A stretch of 64,000 nt of DNA from Chitinophaga pinensis. Lineage in GTDB: Bacteria; Bacteroidota; Bacteroidia; UKL13-3. How positions within the stretch are numbered: the first letter of the stretch is position 1; every line of letters starts with the position of its first letter. The position numbers and the translations under genes were made by a program. Below are positions 28,538 through 41,800 of the stretch, piece after piece. The DNA lies in assembly GCA_945898275.1 (NCBI GenBank), contig CAMDHZ010000013.1, positions 6,695 to 70,694 on the forward strand, given 5' to 3'. The notes under the pieces are model-generated. The model was not told the origin of the DNA. It did no database searches and saw only the letters and a list, made by a program, of their open reading frames with translations.

Positions 28538-28999
28538 ATGGCAAATACATATACCCAAATTTATATTCAAATTGTTTTTTCAGTCAAAGGGCGTCAAAAC
28601 CTAATTCAAAATAATTGGAAAGATGAATTACACAAATACATTTGCGGGATTATAAATGCCAAGGAACAGAAGGCTTATGCAATCGGTGGTGTATCCGACC
28701 ATATACATATATTAATTAGTATGAAGCCTGATATTTCTATTTCCGATTTAGTAAGAGATATCAAAGCAAATTCATCAAAATGGATTAATGAGAATGATTT
28801 TATTACCGGCAAATTTCAATGGCAGCAAGGTTTTGGTGCATTTTCATATTCGAAATCACAATTGGATAATGTAATTAAATACATTAACAACCAAGAAAAG
28901 CATCATCAAAAGCAAACATTTAAAGATGAGTATTTTGAGCTATTACAAAAATTTGATATTGAATTTAATGAAAAATACCTTTTTGAATGGATTGATTGA
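28538..28999 (+). mobile_element. tnpA: IS200/IS605-like Y1 HUH transposase, likely REP-associated (RAYT-type)
   Basis: DHIHILI HUH motif, IKANSSKW, FQWQQGFGAFS, catalytic-Tyr helix YINNQ; no tnpB; REP-like hairpins adjacent. Confidence 0.88.
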
Positions 29000-29041
29000 T
29001 TACAAAATAAAAGTATATGAAATCGGAAATCTAATAATATA

Positions 29042-29824
29042 TCATTCCATCTTAAACGAAATTCTATCTGCAGCAAAAACTTGCCAAGTGCGTTGGTGTT
29101 GAATATAAGCGATGAGTGCAAAGTTCTCCATGTTAAAATCTGGGTTGTAGGGAATCTTAAAAGAACCTTGATTGGCCGCCATGGGAATAGTATAAAAACC
29201 TCTTACCAAATTGTGATGATGTAAGGTTTGCCCAATATTCTCTCCTGCCGTAACCATATTATTGATTTTCTTTTGAACAAATGCAACTCTCAAATCACAT
29301 GAATCTACATTTCCCCATGAGGTAAACGCAAAGGTCAAACTGTCTTCTCCTTCTACTGGGGCAGCGCCTGTGCGCAAGAAATGCTCTGAAGGAGTGTTTA
29401 TCAAGGTATGAACTCTTCTGCCGATGCTAGGCTTATCATTGCCTGCATATTCTTTATCCCCACCATTCACAAACGCCATAGGCGTATAGGTTGAAGTCAA
29501 ACCTTTTTTCTTAAGGTAGGTCTGCTGACGTTGAGTATAGTTTGAATCCGAGAATGGGTCTACCCAACCCGAGCGGTTCCAAATGTCTACATGGAAATCT
29601 ACTACATAAACAGGAAATCCAGCGCTATCACTCATGTGAATTAACTCTCCCATAAACTCATCTGCAAAAGGACAACTGCTACAACCTTCTGATGAAAACA
29701 ACTCTATTAAAACACTTGGCTGATAAAGAATAGGCTCTTTTTCTTCCGTGGTTTGTGCCGATAAAGTTGCCAAAAATCCTAAACTAATTACTACTGCTAA
29801 TACTATTTTTTTTACTTGAACCAT
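29042..29824 (-). CDS. DUF1223 thioredoxin-like secreted protein
   Basis: ELFSSEGCSSCP, FHVDIWN..GW.DPFS, YTPM, GENIG..L.H.N.VR. Confidence 0.85.
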   Translation of the reverse strand: MVQVKKIVLAVVISLGFLATLSAQTTEEKEPILYQPSVLIELFSSEGCSSCPFADEFMGELIHMSDSAGFPVYVVDFHVDIWNRSGWVDPFSDSNYTQRQQTYLKKKGLTSTYTPMAFVNGGDKEYAGNDKPSIGRRVHTLINTPSEHFLRTGAAPVEGEDSLTFAFTSWGNVDSCDLRVAFVQKKINNMVTAGENIGQTLHHHNLVRGFYTIPMAANQGSFKIPYNPDFNMENFALIAYIQHQRTWQVFAADRISFKME

Positions 29825-31575
29825 AAACGTTGTGTATCAATTTTTTCTCCTGCAATATAAAAACTACAATGATAAAGTCCTTTAGCAGAAAAGCCATGCG
29901 CATAAACCACCTCGTTAATGTTTTTGTCGAGTGGAATTTCTAACTCCTGCACAATTCTACCTTGTAAATCTGTTATCACTATATTTCCGATTAATCCTTG
30001 CCTTGGGTTTAGCATCCAAACGCTCAAGGTTAAGGTTTCGTCTACAGGATTGGGACTAATAGGTAAAAGTTGCATGTTGGGTTTAATTAAATCCTTTTCA
30101 ATTATCCCTGTTGGAGGCACTCCTGCTACTTTTACATACTTTTCTGCCGAAAATAAACTCTCTGTTCCTGCAGCATCCATGATGGCAACACTCACAAAAT
30201 AAAAACTATCCTTTTTTACATGATAAGTTTTAAAGTCGCTTTGATTAACGATTGTAAATATGGTGTCAAAAGTATTAGCTCTGCTTCTAAACCCAATTTT
30301 ATAGGCTTGGTTAGCCACAGGGTTTGAAATTTTTACTGACAGTCCGTTGCCATCATTAATGAGTTCAAATTCTGGTGGGGCTTGGGGCCCAATAGCTAGC
30401 ATCGTTGCGGTTATGCCATTGATTTGAACATTTCTTTTGAGGTAAGAAGTGCTTACAAAAAGTGAATCTAATTTTCCATCGCCATTTACATCTTTGCCCA
30501 ATACATCTCTGGTGCTATGCTGTCTGTCTTGGTAACCCGGCGCAGTGGCGTTGGCATCGCCATGCTCATTAGCGCTGGTAAACCTAATAGCTGCATAGCC
30601 TTGTTGCCTAAACGGAATATGGTCGCCACCCCGACCAATACGGTCTTCTGCATTCATTATCTGAATATTGGTTTTAACTGGCATTTGGGCTAAGAGTTCT
30701 TCCTCAAAAGAAAGCTTGGTATACCTGGCCAAGCCTTTTGGCATGGAGTAGTTAGTGCCAGCTGAGAAAATTCTTACTTGTAAACTATCAATTTCATTTT
30801 CACCCGGACAGCCAGGAGGGGAAGCGGTTTTGCCACAAATAATGCCCCCAATTACATCGTTGTTTAAAACTGCTCTGATTGGTAGCGCATTGGTTTTAGC
30901 AAATACCGCAAAAGCATTGGCGCCATCTAGGCCTTGTTCTTCGGCAGTGGTGAGCATAAATACTAAAGTTCTTTCATAAGTATGCTTGCTTAAAACCCTT
31001 GCTAGTTCTAACACCAATGCAACGCCACTGCCATTGTCTTCCATGCCGCGTGCCTCGCAGGCAGTATCGCAAACATTTTCGCAGCGACTGTCATAATGGG
31101 CTTCAATTAATATAAAACCTTTTTGAGCAGTATCTGTGCCTGGTAAAATGCCTAATACATTTTTATGCGAGTTCATGTTACAAATGGCTTGGTCGAATTG
31201 GAAAAAGCCAGTGATGAAAGCCGGATTTGTAAGTTTAATTTTATCAAATTGAGCCAAAGCCCAATTTCTAGCAGCGCCAATTCCATTGGTTAAGGAAAGG
31301 GTATCCGAGCCAGAATTTCTGTTGCGGAATTGGTTCAAACCGAATAAAAAATGCAATAAAGAGTCTGAAGAAGTTTGGGAAAGTATGGTTTGCTTAATGG
31401 CAGCTTTATTGGTGTTGGTTTGACCCGAGTAATATTGCGAAGGATTGTATTGGCCTTTTAGAATTGGTAGGATTTTAGGCTCGCTAAACCTAAAATTAGT
31501 TTGGGCAGAAAGTTGGTAAACCATAGCCACAAGAGCAATAATTAAAAGATATTGTCTATTGAATTTCATATGCAC
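29812..31575 (-). CDS. M28 family peptidase with T9SS type A CTD
   Basis: AHYDS, EDNGSG, AEEQGL.G, NNDVIG, GDHIPF, HSTRD; PNPV...G.Y...F C-terminus. Confidence 0.88.
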   Translation of the reverse strand: MHMKFNRQYLLIIALVAMVYQLSAQTNFRFSEPKILPILKGQYNPSQYYSGQTNTNKAAIKQTILSQTSSDSLLHFLFGLNQFRNRNSGSDTLSLTNGIGAARNWALAQFDKIKLTNPAFITGFFQFDQAICNMNSHKNVLGILPGTDTAQKGFILIEAHYDSRCENVCDTACEARGMEDNGSGVALVLELARVLSKHTYERTLVFMLTTAEEQGLDGANAFAVFAKTNALPIRAVLNNDVIGGIICGKTASPPGCPGENEIDSLQVRIFSAGTNYSMPKGLARYTKLSFEEELLAQMPVKTNIQIMNAEDRIGRGGDHIPFRQQGYAAIRFTSANEHGDANATAPGYQDRQHSTRDVLGKDVNGDGKLDSLFVSTSYLKRNVQINGITATMLAIGPQAPPEFELINDGNGLSVKISNPVANQAYKIGFRSRANTFDTIFTIVNQSDFKTYHVKKDSFYFVSVAIMDAAGTESLFSAEKYVKVAGVPPTGIIEKDLIKPNMQLLPISPNPVDETLTLSVWMLNPRQGLIGNIVITDLQGRIVQELEIPLDKNINEVVYAHGFSAKGLYHCSFYIAGEKIDTQRLWFK

Positions 31576-31780
31576 TAGCTTCTGTTAAAATTATATTAGG
31601 TTTAAAAGTAGGGATTTAGTGATAAATCAACAAGTGATTACGGGCTCTCAAGAAATTTAAGCAATGGCTAAAGTAGTATTTTGGACTAAAGAGGACGAAT
31701 AGATTTGTTTTTTTTTGGGATACCCGAAAAAACCCTGTTAGTAAAAAATCGTATAAGCGTAGGTAGAAAATATAAATAGT

Positions 31781-32857
31781 TTAAAAACTTTCTATTTTGC
31801 CCCTGCCTTCAAAATCAGGACAGCTTAATGGTTTGGAAATTATATGGTTATTGTTAAAATCAAAGGCTTCTTTTAAGCTGTTTCCGCACAAAGAACCTAT
31901 TGTTCCAATGATGATTCCAATTTCAAAGGAACTTGTTTTTCCCTTTATAGTTCTGCCTCCAATATTATTTTCATACGAAACATACATTTGAAAAGATGGA
32001 TTAAATTGATAATAGGACGCAAAAGAAACAAAATATAGGTTTATATCATTTGAAATAGTTCTTGAAAAAGGAATTGAAAACCCACCAGCAAAACCTAATT
32101 GTTTTTTAAACATAAATTCTTGGTTCAACCCAATAAAGCGATTATCTCCTTGTGCATCCAATCTGAAATTTGATTTGTGTATGTATTGCTTATTTTTATT
32201 CACCATAATTGAGCCATGCAAACTAAACCTTCTTTTTAAGGTGTATTCAGAAAACAATCCAATCTTAGATTGTATTAAGTTAAAAACACTTAATCCAATC
32301 ATAGTTTTTGGTTTTTTATCCTTGTAAATATTATACTTAATCCCTATATCAAAATCTTTACTTGTTGATAGGTCTAAGACAGCACCATGGTTAAAGGAAG
32401 GTCTGCTTATTCCATTCAATGGGTCTAGTTGGTCAGAGAAAGTAAATTCATCCCAATTGATGGATTGTTGAATAATTCCTGGTCTTACACCAAAGGATAA
32501 CGAACTGAATTTACTTGTTTTAATAGTATATGCTAGGTTTAAACCAACCCTTATTTTGGTGTAATATCCATCGCCTTGGGTTTCTCTATTAATTAATACA
32601 CCAGTTCCTAAAATGCCTAAATTTGATTGTAAGCACGGACTAAAATCTAATGCAAATGTTGAAAAATTAAATGGGCCTCGAACTGGGTAAAATGAAGTTC
32701 TTGTAGCTGAGGATAAATGAAACATGCCAGTTCCACTATGCCCTCCATATGCAGGATTTAACTCCAGTTTTTGAAACTGAAATTGAGCCATAATTGGATC
32801 TTGTGATTTAACAATGGTTACAAACCCAATGAATAGAAAAAGTAATAATGCTCTCAT
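31781..32857 (-). CDS. PorP/SprF family T9SS outer-membrane protein
   Basis: QDP...QF......LNPAYGG N-terminus, beta-barrel strand pattern, SFEIGI; ATGA-coupled to a type B CTD gene. Confidence 0.85.
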   Translation of the reverse strand: MRALLLFLFIGFVTIVKSQDPIMAQFQFQKLELNPAYGGHSGTGMFHLSSATRTSFYPVRGPFNFSTFALDFSPCLQSNLGILGTGVLINRETQGDGYYTKIRVGLNLAYTIKTSKFSSLSFGVRPGIIQQSINWDEFTFSDQLDPLNGISRPSFNHGAVLDLSTSKDFDIGIKYNIYKDKKPKTMIGLSVFNLIQSKIGLFSEYTLKRRFSLHGSIMVNKNKQYIHKSNFRLDAQGDNRFIGLNQEFMFKKQLGFAGGFSIPFSRTISNDINLYFVSFASYYQFNPSFQMYVSYENNIGGRTIKGKTSSFEIGIIIGTIGSLCGNSLKEAFDFNNNHIISKPLSCPDFEGRGKIESF

Positions 32858-35800
32858 CGTATTAGTGTTACATTGCCATACCTTACCACTTTAGTTGCTC
32901 CTGGAAATAACATGCCATCCCAAGCCTTGCCATCTGTAAAAGTTGCTTCAATTGTCCAAATATAAGCCCCTTGGTCGCATTCATTGCCAGTGTCTTTGTG
33001 TTTACCGTCCCATCCAATAGCCGGACTTCCATTTCTAAGTTCTGTAGATTCCCAAACCAACTCGCCCCACTTCGTATAAATTCTCAAATGATAATCTCTT
33101 AATTCCTTGCCCGATGGCAAAAATGTTCTCACCGCATCGATACCGTAATTTGGTGTAAAGGCATTGGGTACATATAATCCTTTCCAGTAGCCGGGCAAGC
33201 AAATGGTGTCACTTATTGTAGTGTCACAACCATAAAAGGATTCTACATCCAGTTTTATTCCAAAGCAACCGGAATCACTTTCTCCATAGACATGCATTGG
33301 TTTTCTTCCTTGTCCAATGCTTCCATCGCCAAATTGCCAATTAAAATTATAGCCATTTGTTCCAGTATATTCAAATACCACCTCTCTACTTGGTTTTTTG
33401 CTAATATCAACCGTATTCAAAAAGGATGGATTAGGATTTGGATGCACTGTAATGATTTGATTGCTGCTCAAACTGTCAAAACAAATAGTGCCAGCATATA
33501 CAAATAATGTTACTTTATATTGACCCGAATCTTTGTAAACATGGCTTGGATTTTCTAGCGTTGAACTATCTCCATCGCCAAAATACCAGACATAACTTGC
33601 ACCAAGCTTGCTGGTATTTGTAAAGCTTACCGTTGCCCCAACGCATAAGGAAGTAGGAGTGAAGGTGAATTCTGGTACAGGCTTTTCAAAGATTTCAAAT
33701 ATTGCCTCGCTGGTATCTTTACATAGGAAATTGTTTGTTGCGATCAATTGGTTATTGTATTTGCCAATGCCACTAAAAAACTGCCGTTCGTTAACATTGC
33801 TAGAGTTATTGCCATTTCCAAAGGTCCATTGATATGTATTTGCCCCCACACTTGTATTGGTAAAGTTAACCCATGCCGGACCATTACAGGTGTCTTTTGG
33901 GTTCAAACCAAACGATGCTACAGGAACAGGATAAACAATAATGTCATTGATGGCAGTGTCTGAACAACCCGCCGCGTTGGTGGCAATTACTTTTACACGA
34001 TAATTTCCTGGTTTACTAAAAAAGTGTGTAGCGCCATATCCCAGGCCATATGTTGAATCTCCAAAATCCCAAATCAAAAAGGAGGGTTGTAAGGTTGAAC
34101 CAACAAATCTAAACGCTAAATTTTGGCAGGCTCGAATGGTATCGGCTGTTATTTTAACTTCTGGTAGGGCATTTATAAAAATAGAATCTGTTAGGGTGCG
34201 ACTGCAATAATTTGTATTTGAAACTAATATTGCCCTAAAAACTTTTAGTCCTGAGGTTTTGTAATAATGTACCGGATTGATTAACTGCGAAGAATCGCCG
34301 TCGCCAAAATGCCAAGTAAGCGTTCCTGAGTCAATAATATTGGCTTTAAAAAATACAGGTGAACGTTCACAAACAGGAGTGCTGAGTTTTTCTAAACTAA
34401 AAGCTGGACTTGGAAATACATTTATTAGCAAAGAGCTGGTATCAAAACTACAATTATTATTTACATACTGAAATACCCTATAGGTGCCAGGATTGCTGAA
34501 AGTGTGTTTTGGGTTTTTCAAGCTAGAGCCACTACCATCTCCAAAATTCCAACTGATGTTTTGTCCTCCCATCGCGTAATCCGTAAACTGCACTGTTAGT
34601 GCATCACAGCCATTTTGAATATCTGCTGTAAAGAATGACTTCACGGTATTAGGCATTACTTTTACTTTTCTATAACTAGTGTCTGAGCCACAAATATTGC
34701 TTACAATAAGCCTAATGGAAAAGGTGCTTGGCGTGTCGATTGTGGTATAAGTAATTGGATTTTGTAAAGGAAACTGCCGTATGCTGGAGTCACCATTTCC
34801 AAAATGCCACAGAAATTGTTGTGGCACACCAAAACTTTGGTTTTGCATAAATACTGGCAATGGCGAGCACCCTGAGTCTGTATTTGTTAAAAAGAAAGAG
34901 GTGGGTTTTGGTAAAACCTGAATGGTGTCTCTATTGATGAAATTACCACAAACATTACTTATGTTATGGTTAACGTAATAGAAGGTATCATTACGTAGAC
35001 TTTGTAGATAGGTTTGTGTTGGAACTTGAAAGCTTGTGTAAGAATTTCCATTGCCCATGTTCCAATTGAAAACAGCCCTAAAGGTGTCGGTGCTTAAATT
35101 GCTAAACTGTACATTCATGGGGCTGCAACCCACAGAATCTGTTTTTGTAATTAATAGGTTAGGGGGTGTTTGAACCAAAACGTAAGCTGTATCAAAACTT
35201 TCTCTACAATCATTAACAGCTTTTAAGGAAATGCGATAGTATCCTTCTTTGTCGTAGGGATGCAGGATTGTGCTATCGGCAGTAGTAGTTAACTCTTGGC
35301 CATCGCCAAAATTCCAGTAAAAGGTGTCAACACTTCCATATGATTTATTTTCGATGCGCAAACTAGCGGGACTTGTTTTTGAAGAGCACAATTGTGTGTC
35401 GGGCAAATGAATTTTGGCAACTGCACCACTTTCTATATACATGGCTTTTGAAACAGTATCTAAACAACCGTTTGCAGAGCGAATGATAAGTCTTGTGAAA
35501 AATATTGTATCGTTAAAAATAGAACCTAAAAAGAGGTGATTGCTAGAGTCAGAAGTGCCTATTATACCATTTCCATCACCAAATTGCCAATTAAAAAGGG
35601 CAGGCTTTTTTACATCAGAGTTGCTTATAAACTTTACAGGCAATGGTGCACAGCCACTATCCACAGAGCTTGAAAAACTAGCAATTGGTTTTGGAAAAAC
35701 GCTAACAGGTTTTTCAATAGAGTCGATACAACCTTCAATGCTGCTGGCAATTAACCTGATTTTATAAATAGAATCAATGCTACCTCTGTGGCCCGGAAAT

Positions 35801-38800
35801 TGAATATTTATGTTGCTTCCAGTTGGGTTTACAATGTTGCCAGCCACTTGTAGGCTCAGCCATTGAAAGTTATTTGCAAAACTAGAAATGCTACTTGCTA
35901 TAGTATTGTATGGTCCGCAACCGCTATCTAAAACAAAGTTGAAATTGGCAATTGGTCGAGTTGGAATTCTCACTTGTTTTTGCACACTATCTAAACATCC
36001 AAAATCAGATTGTACTTTTAGCCTAAGCCAATAGATGTTGTTGGTTCCAGATTGATTATCGTTAAAAGAAAGAGAAGTACTTGTTGCAGCGCTATCGTTT
36101 GAAATGAAAATTCCTGTTGGACCGCCCTGCCAGTGGTAAGTTAATGCATTGATAGGTGGAATGTTTGTTGAATTTATGGTCGCCAATACAGTTCTTGGGA
36201 AGCAATTGATAGAGTCGCTAAAATTAAAATTGGGATTTGGCAGGGGCTTGATAACAATTGGTTTTATAATAGAATCTCTGCAGCCTGTTCCGCCCGCAAT
36301 AGTGATAAGTTTAATTAAAATGGTGGTGTCGAGGACGCCATAATTGTTAAAAATTAAACTTGGGTTGTTTTGGGTTGACCCGAGCGTTTGATTCCCGAAA
36401 AACCATTGATAGCTCAGGCCAAAATTTGGAGTAGAAAGGTTGTTAAATTGAACCAAATTCCCACTACAAGTTATGCTGTCCACTGCAATAAATTTAGGCT
36501 TAGGATTTTCGATGGTGTAAAACCATGCTTCCATGCTGTCATTTTTGCAGCCATTTTTGCTGATAGCCTTCAAGGTTATTTTTACACTATCGGCTTGGTT
36601 TGAGAGAATAAAGCCAGGAAAGTTTAAACCCGTTCCAATTAGGTTTTGGTTGGCATACCACTCATAGTTGCTATTGGCATCAGGAAAAGTACTTGCCACA
36701 ACATTGGAAGCATTAATTATAAACGGGGCACAGTTTATAACAGTTGTTCTGGTAAATACTGCTTTTGCATCAGGCCAAATTCTAACGGTTTTAGTTATGC
36801 TATCAAGGCAACCATGCTTTGTAGTTCCTTTAAGTTTAACATTAAAAACGATATCATTATTGCCATTGTTAAGGTATCTCATTTGAGTGTCAATAGCATT
36901 TGATAAAACACTATTACCAAAATTCCAATTAAATGACATACTGTTAATTGAATCTCCATTTTTAGGATTGGAAGTATTGGTAAAAGTAAACAAGGCAGGA
37001 CTACAAAGTGCGGTATCACTTACGTTGAAGTTTACGTTTGGTTTTGGGAAAATAACAACATTGCTCAAAGAGGTATCTCTGCAATCTAAAAGGTTTGAAC
37101 GTGTTGCCACTAAGCGCACATTGTATATGATAGAATCGTTTGTATTGTTTAAAGGAAAGCTAATGTTTGGACTGGTAGAAGTAGTGGTAACAATGTTAAC
37201 ACCTGATATTGGGTTAACACTCCATAAAGCGTTTGTGGGAATATTAGTTGTATTATTAATTGCTTGCAGGGTAATAGGTCCACAACCTTTGTTGGTTAAA
37301 CTAAACTGGGCCAAGGGAACTGCTCTTTGGTTAATTGGTCTTGTTGTATCATGCACACATCCATCTACGCTTGTAATCCTTAATCGGATATTGAAGAGGC
37401 TATCAACTGAAGTTTGGTTTTGGGCAAAGGCAATGGTTGGTGAAGCAATGGTAGAATCACTTAAAGAAAGACTTGCATTAAACTTAGTCCAGCTATAGGA
37501 ATTAGCAGCAGCAGCACCTTTAAACACACTAGTATTTGTAGGCAAAACACTGCTTGCAGCGCAAATTTGATTAAGCAAAGTGAAGCTAGCCAAGGGACGA
37601 GGAAAAACCCTCACTTGGCGCTCAATACTATCTTTACAGCCAGTTCCACCATCAGTTACCAATAATTTAATGCGATAAACAGAATCAATAGTATGAGAAA
37701 GATTTGGGTAACTAATTAGTGGGTTTGCATTAGTGCTTGTATTGCCATTACCCAAACGCCAAAGCAAAGAAACCCCTGAGGTGCTGGTATTGGTAAATTG
37801 CACCGAAAGGGGATGACAGCCTGCACTATCACTCATGTTAAAGTCCGCAACAGGATTGGCAATGGTGCGGAAGACCATTTGCATTGAATCATCCTTACAA
37901 CCATTTAAACTTGTTACTACTAATTTAATGGTAACACTATCAGCAGGATTTTGTAGAGTTTGTCCAGGGAATGTAGCTCCGGTTCCAATTAAAACATTGT
38001 TTGCAAACCAGCGATAAATGCCATTGGCTTGTGGATGCGTTTGAGTAGAGATTACACTGCTGTTAATAAAAAACGGCGCACAGCTCGTAGATGTGCTTGC
38101 AGTAAATACTGCCTTGGCATCAGGCCAAATTCTGACAGTTTTGTTAGTACTATCAAGGCAACCATGCTTTGTAGTTCCTTTAAGTTTAACATTAAAAACG
38201 ATATCATTATTGCCATTGTTGAGGTATCTCATTTGAGTGTCAATAGCATTTGATAAAACACCATTACCAAAATTCCAATTAAACGACATGCTGTTAATTG
38301 AATCTCCATTTTTAGGATTGGAAGTATTGGTAAAAGTAAACAAGGCAGGACTACAAAGTGCGATATCACTTACGTTGAAGTTTACGTTTGGTTTTGGGTA
38401 AATAACAACATTGTTCAAAGCGGTATCTCTGCAATCTAAAAGGTTTGAACGTGTTGCCACTAAACGCACATTGTATATGATAGAATCGTTTGTATTGTTT
38501 AAAGGAAAGCTAATGTTTGGACTACTGCTTGAAGTTGTAACAATACTTACACCAGTAGCAGGAGTTACACTCCATAAAGAATTTATTTGAACATTTGTTG
38601 TGCCATTGGTTGCCTGCAGGGTAATTGGTCCACAGCCTTTGTTGTTTAAACTAAACTGGGCCAAAGGAACTGCTCTTTGATTAATTAGTCTTGTGGTATC
38701 ATGCACACAACCATCTGCGCTTGTAATCCTTAATCGGATATTGAAGAGGCTATCAACTGCTGTTTGATTTTGGGCAAAGGCAATGGTTGGTGAAGCAATG

Positions 38801-41800
38801 GTAGAATCATTAAGACTAACACTTGCATTAAACTTAGTCCAGCGATATGTGCTTACATTAGCAGCACCTTTAAACACACTAGCATTTGTAGGTAAAACAC
38901 TGCTAGCAGCGCAAATTTGATTAAGCAAAGTGAAGCTAGCCAAGGGACGAGGAAAAACCCTCACTTGGCGCTCAATACTATCTTTACAGCCAGTTCCACC
39001 AGCAGTTATTATCAACCTGATTCGATAAACAGAATCAATAGTATGAGAAAGATTTGGGTAGTTAATCAAAGGATTTGCAGTAGTGCTGGTATTTCCATTT
39101 CCCAAGCGCCAAAGTAAAGAAACCCCTGAGGTGCTGGTATTAGTAAATTGAACCGAAAGGGGATGACAGCCTACACTATCACTCATGTTAAAGCCCGCAA
39201 CAGGATTGGCAATTGTGCGAAAGACCAGTTGCATTGAATCATCCTTACAACCATTTAAACTTGTTACAACTAATTTAATTGTAACACTATCAGAAGGATT
39301 TGGTAGGGTATGTCCTGGGAATGCAGCTCCAGTTCCAATTAAAACATTGTTTGCAAACCAGTGATAAATTCCATTGGCCTGCGGATGTATTTGAGTAGAG
39401 ATTACACTGCTATTAATGGCAAATGGCGCGCAACTTGTGGTATTGTTAGCTGTGAAGCTTGCTTTTGCATCAGGCCAAATTCTTACTGTTTTGGTAGTGC
39501 TATCCAAACAACCATGTTTAGAAGTTCCTTTAAGTTTAACATTGTAAACGATATCAGTAGTGCCATTGTTGAGGTAACGCATTTGTGTGTCAATGGCATT
39601 AGACAAAATACCATTTCCAAAGTTCCAATTAAACAACATGCTGTTAATTGGTTCTCCATTTTTCGGAGAAGATTGATTGGTAAAAGTAAACAAAGCAGGA
39701 CTGCAAAGCGCGGTATCACTCGCGTTAAAGTTTACGTTTGGTTTTGGGTAAACAACAACATTGCTCAAAGCGGTATCTCTGCAATCTAAAAGGTTTGAAC
39801 GTGTTGCCACTAAACGCACATTGTATATGATAGAATCGTTTGTATTGTTTAAAGGAAAGCTAATGTTTGGACTGGTAGAAGTAGTGGTAACAATATTTAA
39901 ACCAGTAGCAGGAGTTACACTCCATAAAGAATTTATTTGAACATTTGTTGTGCCATTGGTTGCCTGCAGGGTAATTGGTCCGCAGCCTTTGTTGTTTAAA
40001 CTAAACTGGGCCAAAGGAACTGCTCTTTGATTAATTGGTCTTGTTGTATCATGCACACATCCATCTGCGCTAGTAATCCTTAATCGGATATTAAAGAGGC
40101 TATCAACTGAAGTTTGATTTTGGGCAAAGGCAATGGTTGGCGAAGCAATGGTAGAATCACTTAAAGAAAGACTTGCATTAAACTTAGTCCAGCGATAGGT
40201 GCTGATATTAGCTGCACCTTTAAATACACTGGTATTGCTAGGATTAATTGTTGAATTTGCACAAACATTAGTTGTAAGTGTAAAGCGCGCCAAAGGTTTA
40301 GGTAGAACGCGAACTAGTTTTTCGATACTGTCCTTACAACCAGTTCCACCAGCAGTTATTATCAACCTGATTCGATAAACAGAATCAATAGTATGAGAAA
40401 GATTTGGGTAGTTAATCAAAGGATTTGCAGTAGTGCTGGTTGAGCCATTTCCCAAACGCCAAAGTAAAGAAACACCTGGGGTGCTGGTATTGGTAAATTG
40501 CACCGATAGAGGATGACAACCCAAACTATCACTCATGTTAAAGCCCGCAACAGGATTGGCAATGGTGCGAAAGACCATTTGCATTGAATCATCCTTACAA
40601 CCATTTAAACTTGTTACAACTAATTTAATGGTAACACTATCAGAAGGATTTTGTAGAGTTTGTCCAGGGAATGCAGCTCCGGTTCCAATTAAAACATTGT
40701 TTGCAAACCAGCGATAAATTCCATTGGCCTGCGGATGTATTTGAGTAGAGATTACACTGCTATTAATGGCAAATGGCGCACAGCTAGTTGTAATGTTTGC
40801 AGTAAATACAGCTTCGGCATCAGGCCAAATTCTAACGGTTTTAGTTATGCTATCAAGGCAACCATGTTTGGTTACGCCTTTTAACTTAACATTATAAACG
40901 ATATCAGTAATACCATTGTTGAGGTAACTCATTTGGGAGTCTAAGGCATTAGATAAAATACCATTACCAAAGTTCCAATTAAACAACATACTGTTAATTG
41001 AATCGCCATTTTTAGGATTGGAAGTATTTGTAAAAGTAAATAAAGCAGGATTACACTTTGCAGTATCGCTTACATTAAAATTAATATTTGGTTTTGGGTA
41101 AATGGTTACAATTCTAAAAGCAGAATCAGGACAATTTAGAATGGTTGATCTTGTTGCAATGAGCCTGATATTATAGTTGATTGAGTCGTTTGAAAGGTTA
41201 ATTGGGAAAGAGATATTAGGACTCGTTGAGGCGCTTGTAGAAATATTTACACCAGTAGCAGGAGTTACACTCCATAAAGAATTTATTTGAACATTTGTTG
41301 TGCCATTGGTTGCCTGTAGGGTAATTGGTCCGCAGCCTTTGTTGTTTAAACTAAACTGGGCCAAAGGAACTGCTCTTTGATTAATTGGTCTTGTTGTGTC
41401 ATGCACACAACCATCTGCGCTTGTTATCCTTAATCGGATATTGAAGAGGCTATCAAATGAAGTTTGGTTTTGGGCAAAGGCAATGATTGGCGAAGCAATG
41501 GTAGAATCATTAAGACTAACACTTGCATTAAACTTAGCCCAACGATAGGTATTTGCATTAGCAGAACCTTTAAATAAACTAGTATTACTAGGATTAATTG
41601 TTGAATTGGCGCAAACATTAGTTGCAAGCGTAAAACGCGCCAAAGGTTTAGGCAACACACGAACTAGTTTTTCGATACTGTCCTTACAGCCAGTTCCACC
41701 AGCAGTTATCACTAATTTAATGCGATAAATAGAATCAAGAGTATGAGAGAGGTTAGGATAAGAAATTAAAGGATTTGCAGCAGTGCTGGTTGAGCCATTT

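Noticed and set aside
28538-28999. IS605/IS607 element with TnpB or IscB
   Set aside because: No RuvC-type ORF is adjacent; the next gene is a convergent DUF1223.
31708-31732. T-run GGGATACCCG A-run hairpin as a terminator
   Set aside because: The GC stem is only 3 bp and is followed by an A-run, not a T-run, on both strands.
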